Of a stretch of 64,000 nucleotides of DNA, positions 29,327 to 38,885 are shown piece by piece. The position numbers were made by a program, and so were the translations under genes. Within the stretch, counting starts at the first letter, position 1. Each line of letters begins with the position of its first letter. This stretch comes from Candidatus Terraquivivens tengchongensis (GTDB lineage Archaea > Thermoproteota > Nitrososphaeria_A > Caldarchaeales > Wolframiiraptoraceae), in NCBI GenBank assembly GCA_023261845.1, contig JALNJZ010000005.1, forward strand, positions 1-64,000, read 5' to 3'. The notes beneath the pieces are model-generated. The model did no database searches. It was given only the letters and a program-made list of their open reading frames with translations, and was not told where the DNA came from.

Positions 29327-29904
29327 AGTGTTCCCTTCACGCTAGTCTGCCTTCTTCTTTCATCGAATGAAGAAGCTTGTTTCAAGGACATAGCCAGCGC
29401 TTTTGTGGCAGCCTCAACTTTGTGGTGATCATTTTCGCCATAAAGTACCAGCACATGCATCGTAGCCTCGAGTGAAAACGCAAGCGACCTAAAAAAGTGG
29501 TATGCATCCTCTTTTCTGATGTCCTCTATTTGCGAGCCCTCTAGCTTGAGCTTCAAGACGGCGTACGGTCTTTTGACTAAGTCAATGCTCACCATCGCTA
29601 GGGCATCATCCATAGGTATGATGGCATAACCGAATCTTTTGATGCCTTCTCTGTTGCCTAATGCTTTTGAGATGGCAGAGCCAAGCGTTATGGCCACATC
29701 TTCGACTGTATGGTGCGTGAGGTCACCTGTCGCCTCCACAACTAAGTTCATCGCGCTATGCATTGCCAAGGTTGCTATCATATGGTCGAGGAATTTTATA
29801 CCGGTCCTGGATTTTGCAGTACCTTGCCCATCCAATAACACGTCTACGAAGATATTTGACTCCAACGTCCTTCTTTCTATCGTTGCCTTTCTTTCCGTAC
29901 TTAT
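29323..29904 (-). CDS. hisB: Imidazoleglycerol-phosphate dehydratase (start extended to ATA 29904)
   Basis: FLDHM, HHTVED, PMDDA, NDHHKVEA; the conserved N-terminal RKATIERRTLE lies upstream of the track's TTG 29865. Confidence 0.93.
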   Translation of the reverse strand: MSTERKATIERRTLESNIFVDVLLDGQGTAKSRTGIKFLDHMIATLAMHSAMNLVVEATGDLTHHTVEDVAITLGSAISKALGNREGIKRFGYAIIPMDDALAMVSIDLVKRPYAVLKLKLEGSQIEDIRKEDAYHFFRSLAFSLEATMHVLVLYGENDHHKVEAATKALAMSLKQASSFDERRRQTSVKGTL

Positions 29905-31079
29905 CCCTCCTTAGCATGCGTGAAGAGATATGGAAGCTCGTTTACAGTAGGCATTATGACGTCTGCGCCTTTTTTCATAAAGTACTCAATCTTTAATTTT
30001 GGTACATTGCTACTCGCATATACACCAGCGAATATGAACACATCCATTGCGTTTTTAGCATTTTTCACCATTAGCAAGTCTTCTGCTGAGTCGCCAACGT
30101 ATAGAACATTTCCCTTCGGCTGCAAGTAGGACACTGCCTTGAATAAAGAATATGGGTCCGGTTTTCCCACCTTATGAGCCTCCGGACCTATAAGCCGGAC
30201 CTCATCGGCCAAGAATACTGCCGCCTTTTGATTGAAGTATTTGAACAGTTTTCCTAAGACCCTATTCGCCGACCATTTATCCCTACCGGAGGCAATCGTT
30301 AAGTTGGAATGGCCGACTATCTTCTGCAGCTTTATCAGAACTTCCTCCTCAATCAATGGCTTCTCATTCTGGAAAAGGCCTGAGCCGTTAAAGAAAGATG
30401 GCTTCGTGTTGTATACTGCTTCTACACCTTCAGCACCGTAGAAAAGTTCATCAAAGACGGTTACCAAGAGACTTTCTCCGAAGTTACCAGGATAGCCTAG
30501 AAACCTCCTAAATTGGCGGAGCTCGTTTACGAGACCTTTTTCGGCCGCGATCATATCCATTATAGTGTCGATGTCGTACCGGTCAAGATAATCTTTAGTC
30601 TTCATAACTTTACCAAGAATTTCCACGAATTCCTCCTGATGTTCTTGAAGCGATACTTTATACCTAGTTCCCTTAAAACTACTTGATAGGATATTTACTG
30701 CATCGGTTAACGACGTACCTGCTTCCAAGTCGCTCATCATATCCAAAAAACGTTTAACACATTCTTTGGGCATATTTAAAAACGTCCACTCACTCAGCAC
30801 ATATGCCGTATCCCAATCGTTATTAAACCCGCCACATATTCTAAGAATCTCAATCTGGGCATCCGTCGTTATCGGCCCAATAATGTCCACGGGCATTATT
30901 GAGAAGATGTACTCCACTGTTTTATGTATGGCCTTGTTGTACGAATTGTTGATGTCTATAAGAACCCCGTCACAATCGAAGATTATTGCATCAACATTTG
31001 CTAAAGATTTTTCAATCCCTTCTTTTATCTTAAGTTGTTGATCGTTGATTTCCAACGTATTATAAACAAATGTGCTCAT
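29901..31079 (-). CDS. HAD-superfamily hydrolase, candidate histidinol-phosphate phosphatase
   Basis: FDCDGVL, GGFNNDWD, KPDP, YVGDSAED; located between hisC and hisB. Confidence 0.8.
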   Translation of the reverse strand: MSTFVYNTLEINDQQLKIKEGIEKSLANVDAIIFDCDGVLIDINNSYNKAIHKTVEYIFSIMPVDIIGPITTDAQIEILRICGGFNNDWDTAYVLSEWTFLNMPKECVKRFLDMMSDLEAGTSLTDAVNILSSSFKGTRYKVSLQEHQEEFVEILGKVMKTKDYLDRYDIDTIMDMIAAEKGLVNELRQFRRFLGYPGNFGESLLVTVFDELFYGAEGVEAVYNTKPSFFNGSGLFQNEKPLIEEEVLIKLQKIVGHSNLTIASGRDKWSANRVLGKLFKYFNQKAAVFLADEVRLIGPEAHKVGKPDPYSLFKAVSYLQPKGNVLYVGDSAEDLLMVKNAKNAMDVFIFAGVYASSNVPKLKIEYFMKKGADVIMPTVNELPYLFTHAKEG

Positions 31080-32182
31080 ATTAAGATCTTCAACTCCTCG
31101 ATTAAGCGATCGTTCATTTCTGGCAATCCTACGGTTATTCTATAAGCGAAGCCTTTGGTAAAAATTTTGCCAACCTTTCGTATGTAGATTCTTCTCGATG
31201 CGAGTTTATCTCCTAATGAGCCGTCATCTTCTGACACGTTGATAAGTATGAAGTTAGCTTTGGAATCAAAAGCCTTAACGCCGTTTAGATTATTCAATTT
31301 TTGTTGAAACCTTCTTCTTTCGTCCTTTAACATTTCAATATAAGGTATGAAAGCATCGTGATTCTCGAGAAGCTTTAGGGCAACCTTGAGCGTGACGCTG
31401 GAAACGCTGTATGGTCGAAGTATCCTACTCTTCAGGAGTTCTGCTAGCTCGGAGTTTGCCACTAAGTAGCCGAGCCTTCCACCCGCAAGACCATAACTCT
31501 TTGAAAAACTTCTAAGAACTACCAAGTTTTGATATTCAACAGCCTTTGTTATAAGCGAAAAGTCCGCAAAGTCTACATAGGCCTCATCAAGAACAACAAG
31601 TCCTGGAAAAGATTCAACTATGCTAAGCACAGATTCTTGTGAGAATTGGTTACCAGTAGGATTATTTGGCGAGCATATGAAGATTACACCTGAATTACCT
31701 GCGGTCTTGAGTACGCTTTTGCTGTCCATCGACAGATCATCGTTTAAAGGTACATCAACAAACTTTACATCATGCACCTTTGACCTCATACGATATAATG
31801 AAAAAGACGGTTTTAGCGAAATTACTTTACCTTTTAGTTTCGCAAAAGAATAAATGATGGTATCAATGAGTTGACTACTACCGTTTCCAAGCACGATACA
31901 CTCAGCAGGTAAATTCAACCTTTCTGCGAGGGACTCAGTAAGTTGCCTGTATTCAACTACTGGATAAAACCTAAGGTCTACTTCAGAGACCACCTCCTGC
32001 AACGCTTTTGAGAGGAATTCCCTTGGTATGAAGTAATTTTCGTTCGCATCAAGTTTTATCAGTGGTTCAGAAAACTCAATCCTACTGTTCCATATCTCGG
32101 GAAATGTGTAGGGCTCGAGTGTACTTAACCTCTTCAGCGCATTCCTTAACCAAGTTCTAGAACTCTTTCCTCTCATGTACAT
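31076..32182 (-). CDS. hisC: Histidinol-phosphate aminotransferase
   Basis: KLDANEN, SPNNPTG, DEAY, RSFSKSYGLAG.RLG. Confidence 0.93.
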   Translation of the reverse strand: MYMRGKSSRTWLRNALKRLSTLEPYTFPEIWNSRIEFSEPLIKLDANENYFIPREFLSKALQEVVSEVDLRFYPVVEYRQLTESLAERLNLPAECIVLGNGSSQLIDTIIYSFAKLKGKVISLKPSFSLYRMRSKVHDVKFVDVPLNDDLSMDSKSVLKTAGNSGVIFICSPNNPTGNQFSQESVLSIVESFPGLVVLDEAYVDFADFSLITKAVEYQNLVVLRSFSKSYGLAGGRLGYLVANSELAELLKSRILRPYSVSSVTLKVALKLLENHDAFIPYIEMLKDERRRFQQKLNNLNGVKAFDSKANFILINVSEDDGSLGDKLASRRIYIRKVGKIFTKGFAYRITVGLPEMNDRLIEELKILI

Positions 32183-32188
32183 ATCACG

Positions 32189-33154
32189 TCAACGAGGGAT
32201 GTCCTCTAGCGGGAGTATCAACTGAGGCTCGTGGACGACCAATCCCTGTGCCAACCTTCTTAAGATTGGTAGCAACTTAAGGAATTCTTGTTTATCAACG
32301 ATTGTATTCACGGAGTACCAACCTTTCGCAGATAGCGGGCTTATTGTGGGTTTCTTCAAAGCAGGAAGGTTGTTAAGAAGTTGCTCTAGGTTCTCCTCTT
32401 TCACGTTAACGAATATATGCAATTTCTTTCCGCCATCGATTACGCCCTTCAGCATCGTCATTACGTCAAGCATCTTCTCGCGTTTATCTGGTGTGTTTAA
32501 AGACTTTTTGTTCGCTATCAAAACTGCCGACGATTCAAGTATGACTTCTACCGGCCTTAGGTTGTTTTGTTCAAGGGTTCTGCCGGTCTCAACTACGTCA
32601 ATTATAGCATCCGCATCCTCGGGCGGCTTCGCCTCTGTAGCACCAAAAGACAAGAAGATGCTAACAAAGCGGTTTGTTCCTCTCTTCCACCAAGGCGTTA
32701 TGACAAGAGGCTCCTCATCCTTAAACCATTTCTTGTATACATCGTAGCTCTTTACGTGTCGCGCCGCTATGTTCAAGTACTCAGTGGATATCCTTACGAT
32801 CTTGCCCTCTTTCCAATAACGTTCAAACAACTCAGGTAATGAATTAAAGCCTATGCTTTCAGGAAGCGCTATGACAAGCTTCACCCTGCCGTACTCTAGA
32901 TCCATCAGCACCTCGACGTCCGCGTCGGTTTCACGTATCCAGTCAATACCAGTTATGCCCAAATCCTGAGAACCTTCAGCGACAAACATCGGAATCTCTT
33001 GGGGTCTCAGTATTTTGAGTTCGATTTCTGGATCATCAACCACAGGTCGGTACGTTCTCTCTTGACCACGTAGCCTATACATGGCTTTTTCTAGCAATTC
33101 GAACGTGTTCTTTTCAAGCGAACCTTTTGGTATAGCAAATTTTATCTTGACCAT
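32189..33154 (-). CDS. hisG: ATP phosphoribosyltransferase, long form
   Basis: AIPKGSL, RPQEIP, DLGITG.D, GATEAK, DVVETGRTL, C-terminal regulatory domain. Confidence 0.96.
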   Translation of the reverse strand: MVKIKFAIPKGSLEKNTFELLEKAMYRLRGQERTYRPVVDDPEIELKILRPQEIPMFVAEGSQDLGITGIDWIRETDADVEVLMDLEYGRVKLVIALPESIGFNSLPELFERYWKEGKIVRISTEYLNIAARHVKSYDVYKKWFKDEEPLVITPWWKRGTNRFVSIFLSFGATEAKPPEDADAIIDVVETGRTLEQNNLRPVEVILESSAVLIANKKSLNTPDKREKMLDVMTMLKGVIDGGKKLHIFVNVKEENLEQLLNNLPALKKPTISPLSAKGWYSVNTIVDKQEFLKLLPILRRLAQGLVVHEPQLILPLEDIPR

Positions 33155-33280
33155 ATGATGTCACCACCAACATTTATGTATCGTAGAGTGGGTCTTAGCC
33201 TAGATATAATGCTAAGGACGAACTCAAACGGCAAGATGAACTTGACCAACCTCTTCGGCCAAGACCCTCCCCACACCTGG
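33155..33280 (-). promoter_or_regulatory. Structured 5' leader of the his operon (candidate cis-regulatory RNA)
   Basis: 18-nt imperfect inverted repeat (33183-33200 / 33257-33274) with three G-U-compatible differences on the minus strand, competing local hairpins, and TATA TTTTATATA at 33312-33304. Confidence 0.6.
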
Positions 33281-33363
33281 ACGTGCAAAATACTAGAATC
33301 TAATATATAAAATTTGCTTGTTACAAATTTTGTCATAGATGTTAGCAACGTTGTAAAGAACGC

Positions 33364-35220
33364 TTATCTAAAGCTCGGCCTCTTGGATAACATCCTCGGC
33401 AGGCTGAGCTTTTTATACGGCCTCCCAACATTCTTTGAGTGTATCTCTTTGATTAATTCTTCAAGCGTCATCTGTTTTATACTACCTGACGCTCTGTCTC
33501 TTACGGAAAAGATGTTGGACTCTTTCTCCCTTTTTCCATAAACTATTATGTAGGGAACCCATTCTGTCTCAGCATCCCGAACTTTCTTGTCAACTGTCTC
33601 CAACCTATCATCCACATCGGCCCTTATTTGTTCACTTTCTAACTTTTCGCTCAGTGATACACAATCTTCTATGAACATGTCGGACACAGGTATTAGTCTA
33701 ACTTGCGTTGGCGATAACCAAACCGGTAACATAGGCTTACTACCTTCCTTGTAAACCTTGTAAGCTTTCTCTAATAGAGCGTAGATAACGCGCTCTATGG
33801 CACCGCTTGGTGAACAGTGTAGAATTATCGGGTGCTTCTTGTTTCCAAATTGATCGACGTAGGTTATGTCATAGCGTTCTGCATTCTCAACGTCTATCTG
33901 ATCCGTGGAAAGGGCCGATGCCTTTCTTAGGGTATCAATAAAGTTGAATTCCCATTTCAGAACGAAGTAGAAGAACCTTTCTTCCCACATTTCTACCAAC
34001 GCTGGCTTTCCGAATCTCCTAACCAATTCGGTCACAAATTCCTTGTTGGATTCGTAAAAATCTCTCGTGAACCTAATTGCCATTTCATAGTCGTCCTTGG
34101 TTAAGCCGATGCCTTCTAGAACGTTTATTGATAATTCAAGTCTGCGTAGCATTTCCTCTTTGGCTTGTTGTATATCAGAGCATAATGCATGGACATCGGG
34201 CATAGTAAACGCTCTCAACCTCTTTAAACCGACCAGCTCACCGCTCTTCTCTCTCCTAAAGCTGTATCTCGTTAACTCATAGAGCCTAACAGGAAGCTGT
34301 TTATAGGATATCTGCATGTCGTGCGCCATAAGGAACTGACCAAAACATGCTGCGAACCTTAGGAAAAACTCCTTCTCGTCGGACTTTACTATATATTGTC
34401 TGGCGGGAAACCTGTTCAGGTAACTCTCTAGGCACGGGTGTTTCAGATCATACATTATGGGCGTCTCGATCTCCATACCGCCATACTCAATGACCTTTTC
34501 AGTTACATATTGCTCGATGAGGGATTTTATCAGCCTCCCTTTTGCTGGCCATCTCATATTGCCAAGGTCACTTCCTGGTTCATAATCTGCAATCTCTAAC
34601 TTCTTCATCAAATCCACATGAGGCGGTGTCTGTGATACTACCCTCGACTTTGCCATTTCATATGTTGCGAGCGCTTTTAGATCTTCGTACCCTGAAAAGT
34701 CGAAGGATTCTACTGGAATCAATTCTCCGTTCGGTGTCAGTATGCACCAATATGACCTTATTCTCTCTTCCATGACTAAGGCTTTTGGAACATAAGTGGT
34801 GCTAGCTGCTTCTGGTGTTATTGACCTGAACTGTTCAGCCAATGGATGGCCCTTAACTGACAGGGAAAGGGCCTTAGTCCAACCGAACGGTGAGCTATAA
34901 ACCTCCATTCCTTCCAATTCGCACTTTTTCCTAAAAATGCGAATGATTTCCAAAGCTTTTTCCTGTGTCGCAAGTTTGTTGCTGAGATGGGCATATGGAT
35001 ATATCAGTATGCGCTTATTACCAACCCTTGACGAATATTCCTTCAGCTCACTCACGGCCCTATCTACCATTGTTTCGTCGTCCCCTTCTTCCACAGTCGT
35101 AAGAACCAAGACTATGTCCTCAAACCTCTTACGACCAATCTCTGTCTCTTCGAATACCCTACCTTCCTTCCCCACCGGCTCGTACTCGACAAAGTCGGTA
35201 TGTAATATTAGCAACCTCAT
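33364..35220 (-). CDS. thrS: Threonine--tRNA ligase (archaeal type with DTD-like editing domain)
   Basis: YPYAHLS, PFGW, GHPLAE, LRFAACFGQF, RAFTMPD.H, HCSPSGAIER. Confidence 0.97.
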   Translation of the reverse strand: MRLLILHTDFVEYEPVGKEGRVFEETEIGRKRFEDIVLVLTTVEEGDDETMVDRAVSELKEYSSRVGNKRILIYPYAHLSNKLATQEKALEIIRIFRKKCELEGMEVYSSPFGWTKALSLSVKGHPLAEQFRSITPEAASTTYVPKALVMEERIRSYWCILTPNGELIPVESFDFSGYEDLKALATYEMAKSRVVSQTPPHVDLMKKLEIADYEPGSDLGNMRWPAKGRLIKSLIEQYVTEKVIEYGGMEIETPIMYDLKHPCLESYLNRFPARQYIVKSDEKEFFLRFAACFGQFLMAHDMQISYKQLPVRLYELTRYSFRREKSGELVGLKRLRAFTMPDVHALCSDIQQAKEEMLRRLELSINVLEGIGLTKDDYEMAIRFTRDFYESNKEFVTELVRRFGKPALVEMWEERFFYFVLKWEFNFIDTLRKASALSTDQIDVENAERYDITYVDQFGNKKHPIILHCSPSGAIERVIYALLEKAYKVYKEGSKPMLPVWLSPTQVRLIPVSDMFIEDCVSLSEKLESEQIRADVDDRLETVDKKVRDAETEWVPYIIVYGKREKESNIFSVRDRASGSIKQMTLEELIKEIHSKNVGRPYKKLSLPRMLSKRPSFR

Positions 35221-35311
35221 GTTTTGTTAAAAATGAAGGATTTCTTGCTGATAATATAGCTTTTGTTTAGCGATTTGTTTAAATAAACCTTTTGTTTGAT
35301 GTAACGAGAGG

Positions 35312-36986
35312 GTGTTAAGCCCTAAAAATTCTGATAACTGCCGCTTTACCGTACTCCTACGCGCCAAGACACTTTGGTCACCTTAGTGGGGCGTATCTTC
35401 CAGCTGACATATTTGCACGATTCATGAGGATGCTTGGGCATGAGGTCCTATTCGTATGTGGGACCGATGAGAACGCATCCAGCATCGTACTTGAAGCTAT
35501 GAAAAAGGGCATGACCCCACAACAGCTATGCGATATGTTTTATCCAATTCAAAGAGATACTTTTGCCAGGCTTGGAATAAGTTTCGACATATTCTCTAGA
35601 ACGTCCAAGAAAATTCACTATGATACGGTGTACGAATTTTATACGAGGTTGTGGGAGAAGGGCTACATATACAAGAAGAGGATAAAGCAATGGTATTGTC
35701 CAAAAGATGAGAAAGTATTGCCTGATAGATTCGTAAAAGGCACATGTCCAGTTTGCGGAGCACCGGACCAGTATGGTGAAGCTTGTGAGGTATGTGCAAG
35801 TTGGTATGAGGCGATTGAACTAATAGACCCTATTTGTACTCTGTGCGGTGGCAAACCAATAGTCATAGAGAAAGATCACTACTTCTTGAGGTTGTCGGCT
35901 TTAACGCAGGAAGTGCTTAATTATGTAAAACCGAAGAAGTTCTGGAGAAAATCGACTTACAATAAGACAATATCTTGGTTAGAAAACGAGGGGCTGAGAG
36001 ACAAAGACATAACAAGAGATTATGATTGGGGACCGCCTGCGCCCTTCCCTGGGGCAGAAGGGCAAGTACTTTACAACTGGGTTGAAAATCTTCTAGGATA
36101 TATATCAGCAACTAAAGATTGGAGCATACAGATTGGTCAACCTGATGCGTGGAAGAAGTTTTGGCTAGACCCAGAGACAAAGCTCTACTGCTTTATAGGG
36201 AAGGACAACCTTTTCTTTCATACAATCCTGTTTCCAGCAATACTTATAGCGCATGGTGACTACATTTTGCCCTATAATGTCGTTGTGAACGAATTCGTAA
36301 ACCTTGAAGGGCAAAAACTCTCAACGAGCAGGGGCTGGGTCATTTGGCTTCATGAAATGCTTGAAAGCTATGACCCAGACCTTATTAGATACTACGCTGC
36401 GATAATAGCTCCTGAGACTAAGGACTCCGACTTTAGGTGGAAAGACTTTCAGACAAAAATAAACAACGAACTCGTAGCAACGCTTGGCAACTTCATTCAT
36501 AGAGTGTTGCTATTCGTCTATACCAAATTTGGAGGCATAGTGCCCGAGCCGGGCGAACTTGAACCGCAAGATAAAGATCTTCTGAAAGATGTAGAGAAGT
36601 TGGCTACCATGTTTAAGAATAGGTTGGAGAGTTGTCGTTTTAAGTCAGGCTTAAAGCTCATCCTAGAGCTGGCTCAGCTAGGGAATAAGTACCTGAACGA
36701 TATGAAGCCATGGGCCGTAACGGAGAGCGCACCTAGGACAATATACACGGCAATGCAAGTAGTTAAAGCACTTTGTGTTCTTATGGTACCCTATTTACCT
36801 TTTTCGGCCCATAAACTCATGAACATGATGAATCTAAACTTAACGCCGGAGACTGTAAGATTTGAAGAGTTTAGAATACCCATTAAACCACAGCATAAAA
36901 TCAACAAACCAGAGCCGTTATTCAGAAAAGTAACCGATGATGAAGTATCAAAGCATATGGCAAAGCTTAGTTTAACACAAAAATAA
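35312..36986 (+). CDS. metG: Methionine--tRNA ligase (start anomalous: GTG 35312 is one base out of frame, and no in-frame canonical start precedes the HIGH motif)
   Basis: KILITAALPYSYAPRHFGH upstream of the track's ATG 35424; CGTDE, zinc knuckles, IGKDN, KLSTS. Confidence 0.92.
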
Positions 36987-36997
36987 ATTAGGGAAGT

Positions 36998-38149
36998 TTA
37001 ATGTGCATGCGCATTTTCTATCGAAAGTCTTCTAATCCCTAGTTCGGCTACTATTCTTTCTAATTCATATTCTAGATCGTTGTCAACAGCAGGTTGGGCC
37101 GGAACGGCAGGTTGTGGAATCTTAAATTCTTCATTCGATTTCGGCAAACTTACAGCCTCAATTTCAGCACTGTTGCTGAACGTATCACTAAGACCCGTGA
37201 GTATGAGCGATACCTGCATCGTTGAGGTATAATAGTTATCAATCCTTGCACCCCATATTACGAGAGTATCCATGCCCATCAGTTCCGATATTATCTCCGC
37301 TGGTCTTGCTGCTTCGCTCAGCTTCATATCCTCACCGCCTGTAACGTGCACTATTGCCCCCGACAGCTTATCGTAAGTTACGTCGAGTAGCGGTGATTGT
37401 AGCGCGTTGAAGGTGGCCTCTTCAGCCCTGTTTGGTGACGAAGACCTGCCTATACCTAAAGATGCCAGACTACCCCTTTCTACGAGAGCTTTAAAATCCG
37501 CGTAGTCTATGTTTATCAAGCTTGGTTTCACTATTGATTCCGTTATACTGAGCATCATGTTGTTTATCACGTCATCAACCAACGAGAATGCCGTCCTTAA
37601 CTCGTATTGCGGATAGAAATCGAGCAGCTTATTGTTATCTATAAGCACCACAGTATTGCATACCTCTTTTAGCTTTTGCAGTCCTTGTATCGCTATCTTT
37701 TTTCGAACATTACCTTCGAACCTGAAAGGCAAAGTCGCCACACTGATAACTATAGCTCCTAACTCTTTTGCCACAGAGGCAACTACGGGTGCGCCTCCAG
37801 TACCAGTACCACCGCCTAAGCCTGCCATTATGAAAACTATGTCGGCACCGTCAAGTAAGCTTCTAAACTCATCCTCACATTCTTCGGTTGCTATCTTACC
37901 TTTTTCCGGGTCTCCGCCAGAGCCCCTGAATCTAGTTGTATTTTTCCCGAGTATGACTTTATGGTGAGCCCTAACCATCTCTAGATGTTGCACATCCGTA
38001 TTTGCTGCAATCGTTATAACACCATTTAGCCCCTGTGAAGCTAGCCGGCTGATCGTGTTGCAGCCAGCTCCACCTATACCGACCAGCTTTATATGAATGT
38101 TGTCAAGTTTCTCGACATCGCTAGAACCAGGGATCATAACTTCACTCAC
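36998..38149 (-). CDS. ftsZ: Cell division protein FtsZ
   Basis: GIGGAGCN, NTD, tubulin signature GGGTGTG, PF.FEG, T7 loop LINIDYAD; GTG start. Confidence 0.95.
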   Translation of the reverse strand: MSEVMIPGSSDVEKLDNIHIKLVGIGGAGCNTISRLASQGLNGVITIAANTDVQHLEMVRAHHKVILGKNTTRFRGSGGDPEKGKIATEECEDEFRSLLDGADIVFIMAGLGGGTGTGGAPVVASVAKELGAIVISVATLPFRFEGNVRKKIAIQGLQKLKEVCNTVVLIDNNKLLDFYPQYELRTAFSLVDDVINNMMLSITESIVKPSLINIDYADFKALVERGSLASLGIGRSSSPNRAEEATFNALQSPLLDVTYDKLSGAIVHVTGGEDMKLSEAARPAEIISELMGMDTLVIWGARIDNYYTSTMQVSLILTGLSDTFSNSAEIEAVSLPKSNEEFKIPQPAVPAQPAVDNDLEYELERIVAELGIRRLSIENAHAH

Positions 38150-38288
38150 TTGCCGGCATCTCCTCCATTATGAAATCTCTAACTGCTGTTCTTATCGCCT
38201 CAGCCCTATTGGGGTAAAGCTTTCGTCTTACGAGTTCGTCTATCACATCAAGGTAAACCTCTGGAAGGTGAACAGTTACAACCTTCAC
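38142..38288 (-). CDS. cdrS: Ribbon-helix-helix regulator, CdrS-like (48 aa, not in ORF track)
   Basis: GTG start after GGAGGTGG; MKVVTVHLPEVYLDVIDELVRRKLYPNRAEAIRTAVRDFIMEEMPASE; stop overlaps the ftsZ start by 8 nt. Confidence 0.88.
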   Translation of the reverse strand: MKVVTVHLPEVYLDVIDELVRRKLYPNRAEAIRTAVRDFIMEEMPASE

Positions 38289-38492
38289 CTATTATCCACC
38301 TCCTTTACTTGGAGCAAGCTAAAAGTGAAAGTATCAGAAATCCGTTGTTAATACGGCCGTATATTCAAAAGAGGTACCCGTGAGCGATTTCTGCTAAGTA
38401 AAATTTCATAAACTGATAATCTCCATCGGAAAAATGCGTCGGACTTTTCAAAAAAAAAGATTTTTTAGGATAAGACATTATGGAAGTTTAAG

Positions 38493-38885
38493 ATGCAACG
38501 AAGGCAAGAACTGACCGAGGAAGTGCTTAAGATTGTGAGCGACCTAAGGGCTGAAAGCGAGTCAGGCGCAGTCATACTGGTCGAGGGAAAGTATGACGAG
38601 GAATGTCTTAAAAGGCTAGGCATAAAGGGCACGATACTCAGATATAATTCTATAAAAGCCTTGCTAAGCTGGGCTGAAAACAACAGTACAGCTAAGTTAA
38701 TAGTGCTGACAGACTTGGATGCTGAGGGAGCAAGCATCGCTAGAAGGATAGTCGCTAACCTGTCAGGACGTATGAAAGAAGTTGACGTCTCATATATGAG
38801 AAGGTTATCAATAGTAAGAAAGGTAGGCATAAGTGAAATAAAAGATATAATCAATGTTATACCAGAGAGCTGGCTGGTTTATTGA
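38493..38885 (+). CDS. Small Toprim-domain protein (COG1658-like)
   Basis: ILVEGKYD and LTDLDAEG Toprim motifs. Confidence 0.85.
   Translation: MQRRQELTEEVLKIVSDLRAESESGAVILVEGKYDEECLKRLGIKGTILRYNSIKALLSWAENNSTAKLIVLTDLDAEGASIARRIVANLSGRMKEVDVSYMRRLSIVRKVGISEIKDIINVIPESWLVY

Noticed and set aside
33142-33348. 68-aa ORF upstream of hisG as a His leader peptide
   Set aside because: Only one His codon, and its ATG lies upstream of the likely TATA box
38097-38351. 84-aa plus-strand ORF
   Set aside because: Antisense to the CdrS-like gene and the ftsZ start
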